Shown: positions 59,664 through 64,000 of the stretch, piece by piece
Layout: each line of letters starts with the position of its first letter
How positions within the stretch are numbered: the first letter of the stretch is position 1
DNA from: Piromyces finnis finn
Lineage: Eukaryota > Fungi > Neocallimastigomycota
Length of the DNA stretch: 64,000 bases
Direction: 5' to 3'
NCBI GenBank assembly: GCA_002104945.1
Contig: MCFH01000004.1
Span: 1,116,001 to 1,180,000 of the forward strand
The notes under the pieces: model-generated
The model's input: only the letters and a program-made list of their open reading frames with translations
What the model was told of the DNA's origin: nothing
Database searches by the model: none
Program-made: the position numbers and the translations under genes

Positions 59664-59977
59664 TTAATTTACAACCAACTAATACTAATCAATATAAATG
59701 TATGGCTGAATTAGTCAATTTATCATGTTGTCCATCAAATACACAAGTTTTCTATCATGATATGTATGGTGACTGGGGTTATGACTTTAATAAGAATCAA
59801 TGGTGTGGTATTACATCATATGAAGAAAAAGAAAATGACAATAACTGTTGGTCTGAGGCTTACGGTTTTAAATGTTGTAAGGATTGTGTTGTTTATTCAA
59901 CAGATGGTAGAGGACAATGGGGTTATGACTTTATTAAAAATCAATGGTGTGGTATTCCATCTTTTTGTTTCAAATAA
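57890..59977 (+). pseudogene. cotH: CotH kinase-family protein with two C-terminal fungal dockerin (CBM10-like) domains, disrupted by an in-frame TAG and a frameshift
   Basis: Signal-peptide exon 57890-57923, exon 2 from 58094, TAG at 58237-58239. CotH motifs FRLRPD, YVLMDSIK, SWDHY, NFFMY and YDFD. Frameshift near 59302 (DK|T-PNENGKYPGR). Thr-rich linker, then two C..CC...WG....WCGI modules. Confidence 0.85.
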
Positions 59978-60771
59978 TAAATTGAAAGATTTTTATCACA
60001 CAATTTTCTATTACTATTATAGTATATTTAAATCAATATTATTAATTATTAATTATTATTTACAATATTTTTTTATATCAAAATGTTTAAAATATAGATA
60101 AAATTAGATATAGCCTAAAAAATATAATTAAAACCATTTAATAGAAATATAAACTTAACTTTATTATTAGAAATATATATACTTTAAAATAATTTAAAAT
60201 AAAAAATAAAATTACATTTTAAATCATAATACATATGTATCATTAAAAACTAAATAATATATTATTTCTTAGAATTTTTATATGATAAACTTTGTGTAAC
60301 TAAAAATAATAATAATTACTATTATTATAATATAAAAATGAAAAAACTTTATATGAAACTTTTGTTTTGAACACTTAAAAATTCATTGCGGTATAAAATA
60401 ATAATAAATAAAAACATGTTTTTAATTTTTATATTAATATTAAAAAAAAAAAAAGACATTCTATTTGAATATGTAAGTAATAAAAAGATATTATTATTTA
60501 ATTAGTATCTCATTAATAATCCAAAAAATTAAATAAAATTAAAAAAAATCATTTATATTTATTAGAATTTATTTATTAAGAGTACTTTTTTTACGATCTT
60601 AATTATATCAACTTTATTTAGTATTAAAAGAGTATCTAAAAGCATCATCGCTTATAAGTGAGTGATATAGGATATCTACATATAATGTAATATGGCTAGT
60701 ATTATTACATATAGTGTTATATTGTTCTATTATATGTATTACTTAATGTCTCATATTACAACATTTATATT

Positions 60772-60892
<121 letters not shown>

Positions 60893-61660
60893 TAACACTA
60901 TGAGTTAATATAAAAAATAAAAATTTATATGTTACACTAATTATAAAATGTTTTATCTCAATGTTTTATATTATAATTTTTAATACACAATTTATGAGCC
61001 GCAACAAATAACTACTTATTTTAAAAAAAAAAAATCATTGATTGATTAAATTACATAATAGTTTATTAATTATTGTTATAATTTTCATTTTTTTATGATA
61101 AATAATGGTTGTTACTTTTTTTTTTATGTATATTTTATATTGTTATTATTTTTAATAAATAATAATAAAAAAAAAAAAAAAAAAAAAGAGGGTGTAAAAA
61201 AAGAAAAAGAAAATATAAAAATAATTTAAATACAAAATATATAACATAGAAAAACTAATCATTAATAATTATTAAATATATACTAGGTGTAATAAGATAT
61301 ATTTTCTTTCCTGTATTTTGATTGTTTAAAATGAAAATTATCTTTTAATTATATATTATTCACTTAATATAAAAAGAAAATAAAGATTATTATGATACTG
61401 TATAGAATTATTTTCTATCAATTATTTATATTATTAATATGGTTTGATTTATATCAAAATGATCATATTTAAAATTTATATAATTAATGATAAAAATAAT
61501 ATATATTATAATTATCATTTTGTAAAATATCTATAAATGATATTGTACAAAAGTGTATTATTTTATTTTTACTTTAATGAGTTTCGCTTTTAATTAATGG
61601 TATTATTAATAGTTTTATATTTTTATTTAATAAAATAGCTTATATAAAATTTATAACGTA

Positions 61661-64000
<2,340 letters not shown>

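Overview
Extremely AT-rich, intron-rich eukaryotic DNA, almost certainly from an anaerobic gut fungus (Neocallimastigomycota), judged from the intronless GH11/GH10 xylanases with CBM1, a CotH gene with fungal dockerins, poly-Asn tracts and flagellar genes. The left half (0.5-34 kb) holds spliced conserved genes: TSNAXIP1, EFR3, an ANT1-type carrier, IFT25, primase PRI1, ARMC8/VID28, an orphan and an OSR1/SPAK-like kinase. The right half is accessory: a short poly(A) retroelement, two GH11 genes, a CBM1 remnant, a GH10 gene, an intact full-length LINE, a disrupted CotH-dockerin gene and a partial C2H2 factor. Four observations stand out. (1) A LINE-associated set of structured RNAs: two tandem 124-bp hairpin/pseudoknot monomers at the LINE 5' end, a pseudoknot around its stop codon, and a 43-nt double hairpin with compensatory changes shared with a non-coding, TSD-flanked poly(A) element 17 kb away. 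(2) A U12-type AT-AC intron needed to keep TSNAXIP1 in frame. (3) Trp-periodic Asn/Gly/Gln linkers in the xylanases. (4) An exact empty-site copy next to the filled LINE site. All exon structures and RNA folds were read by eye, not computed.
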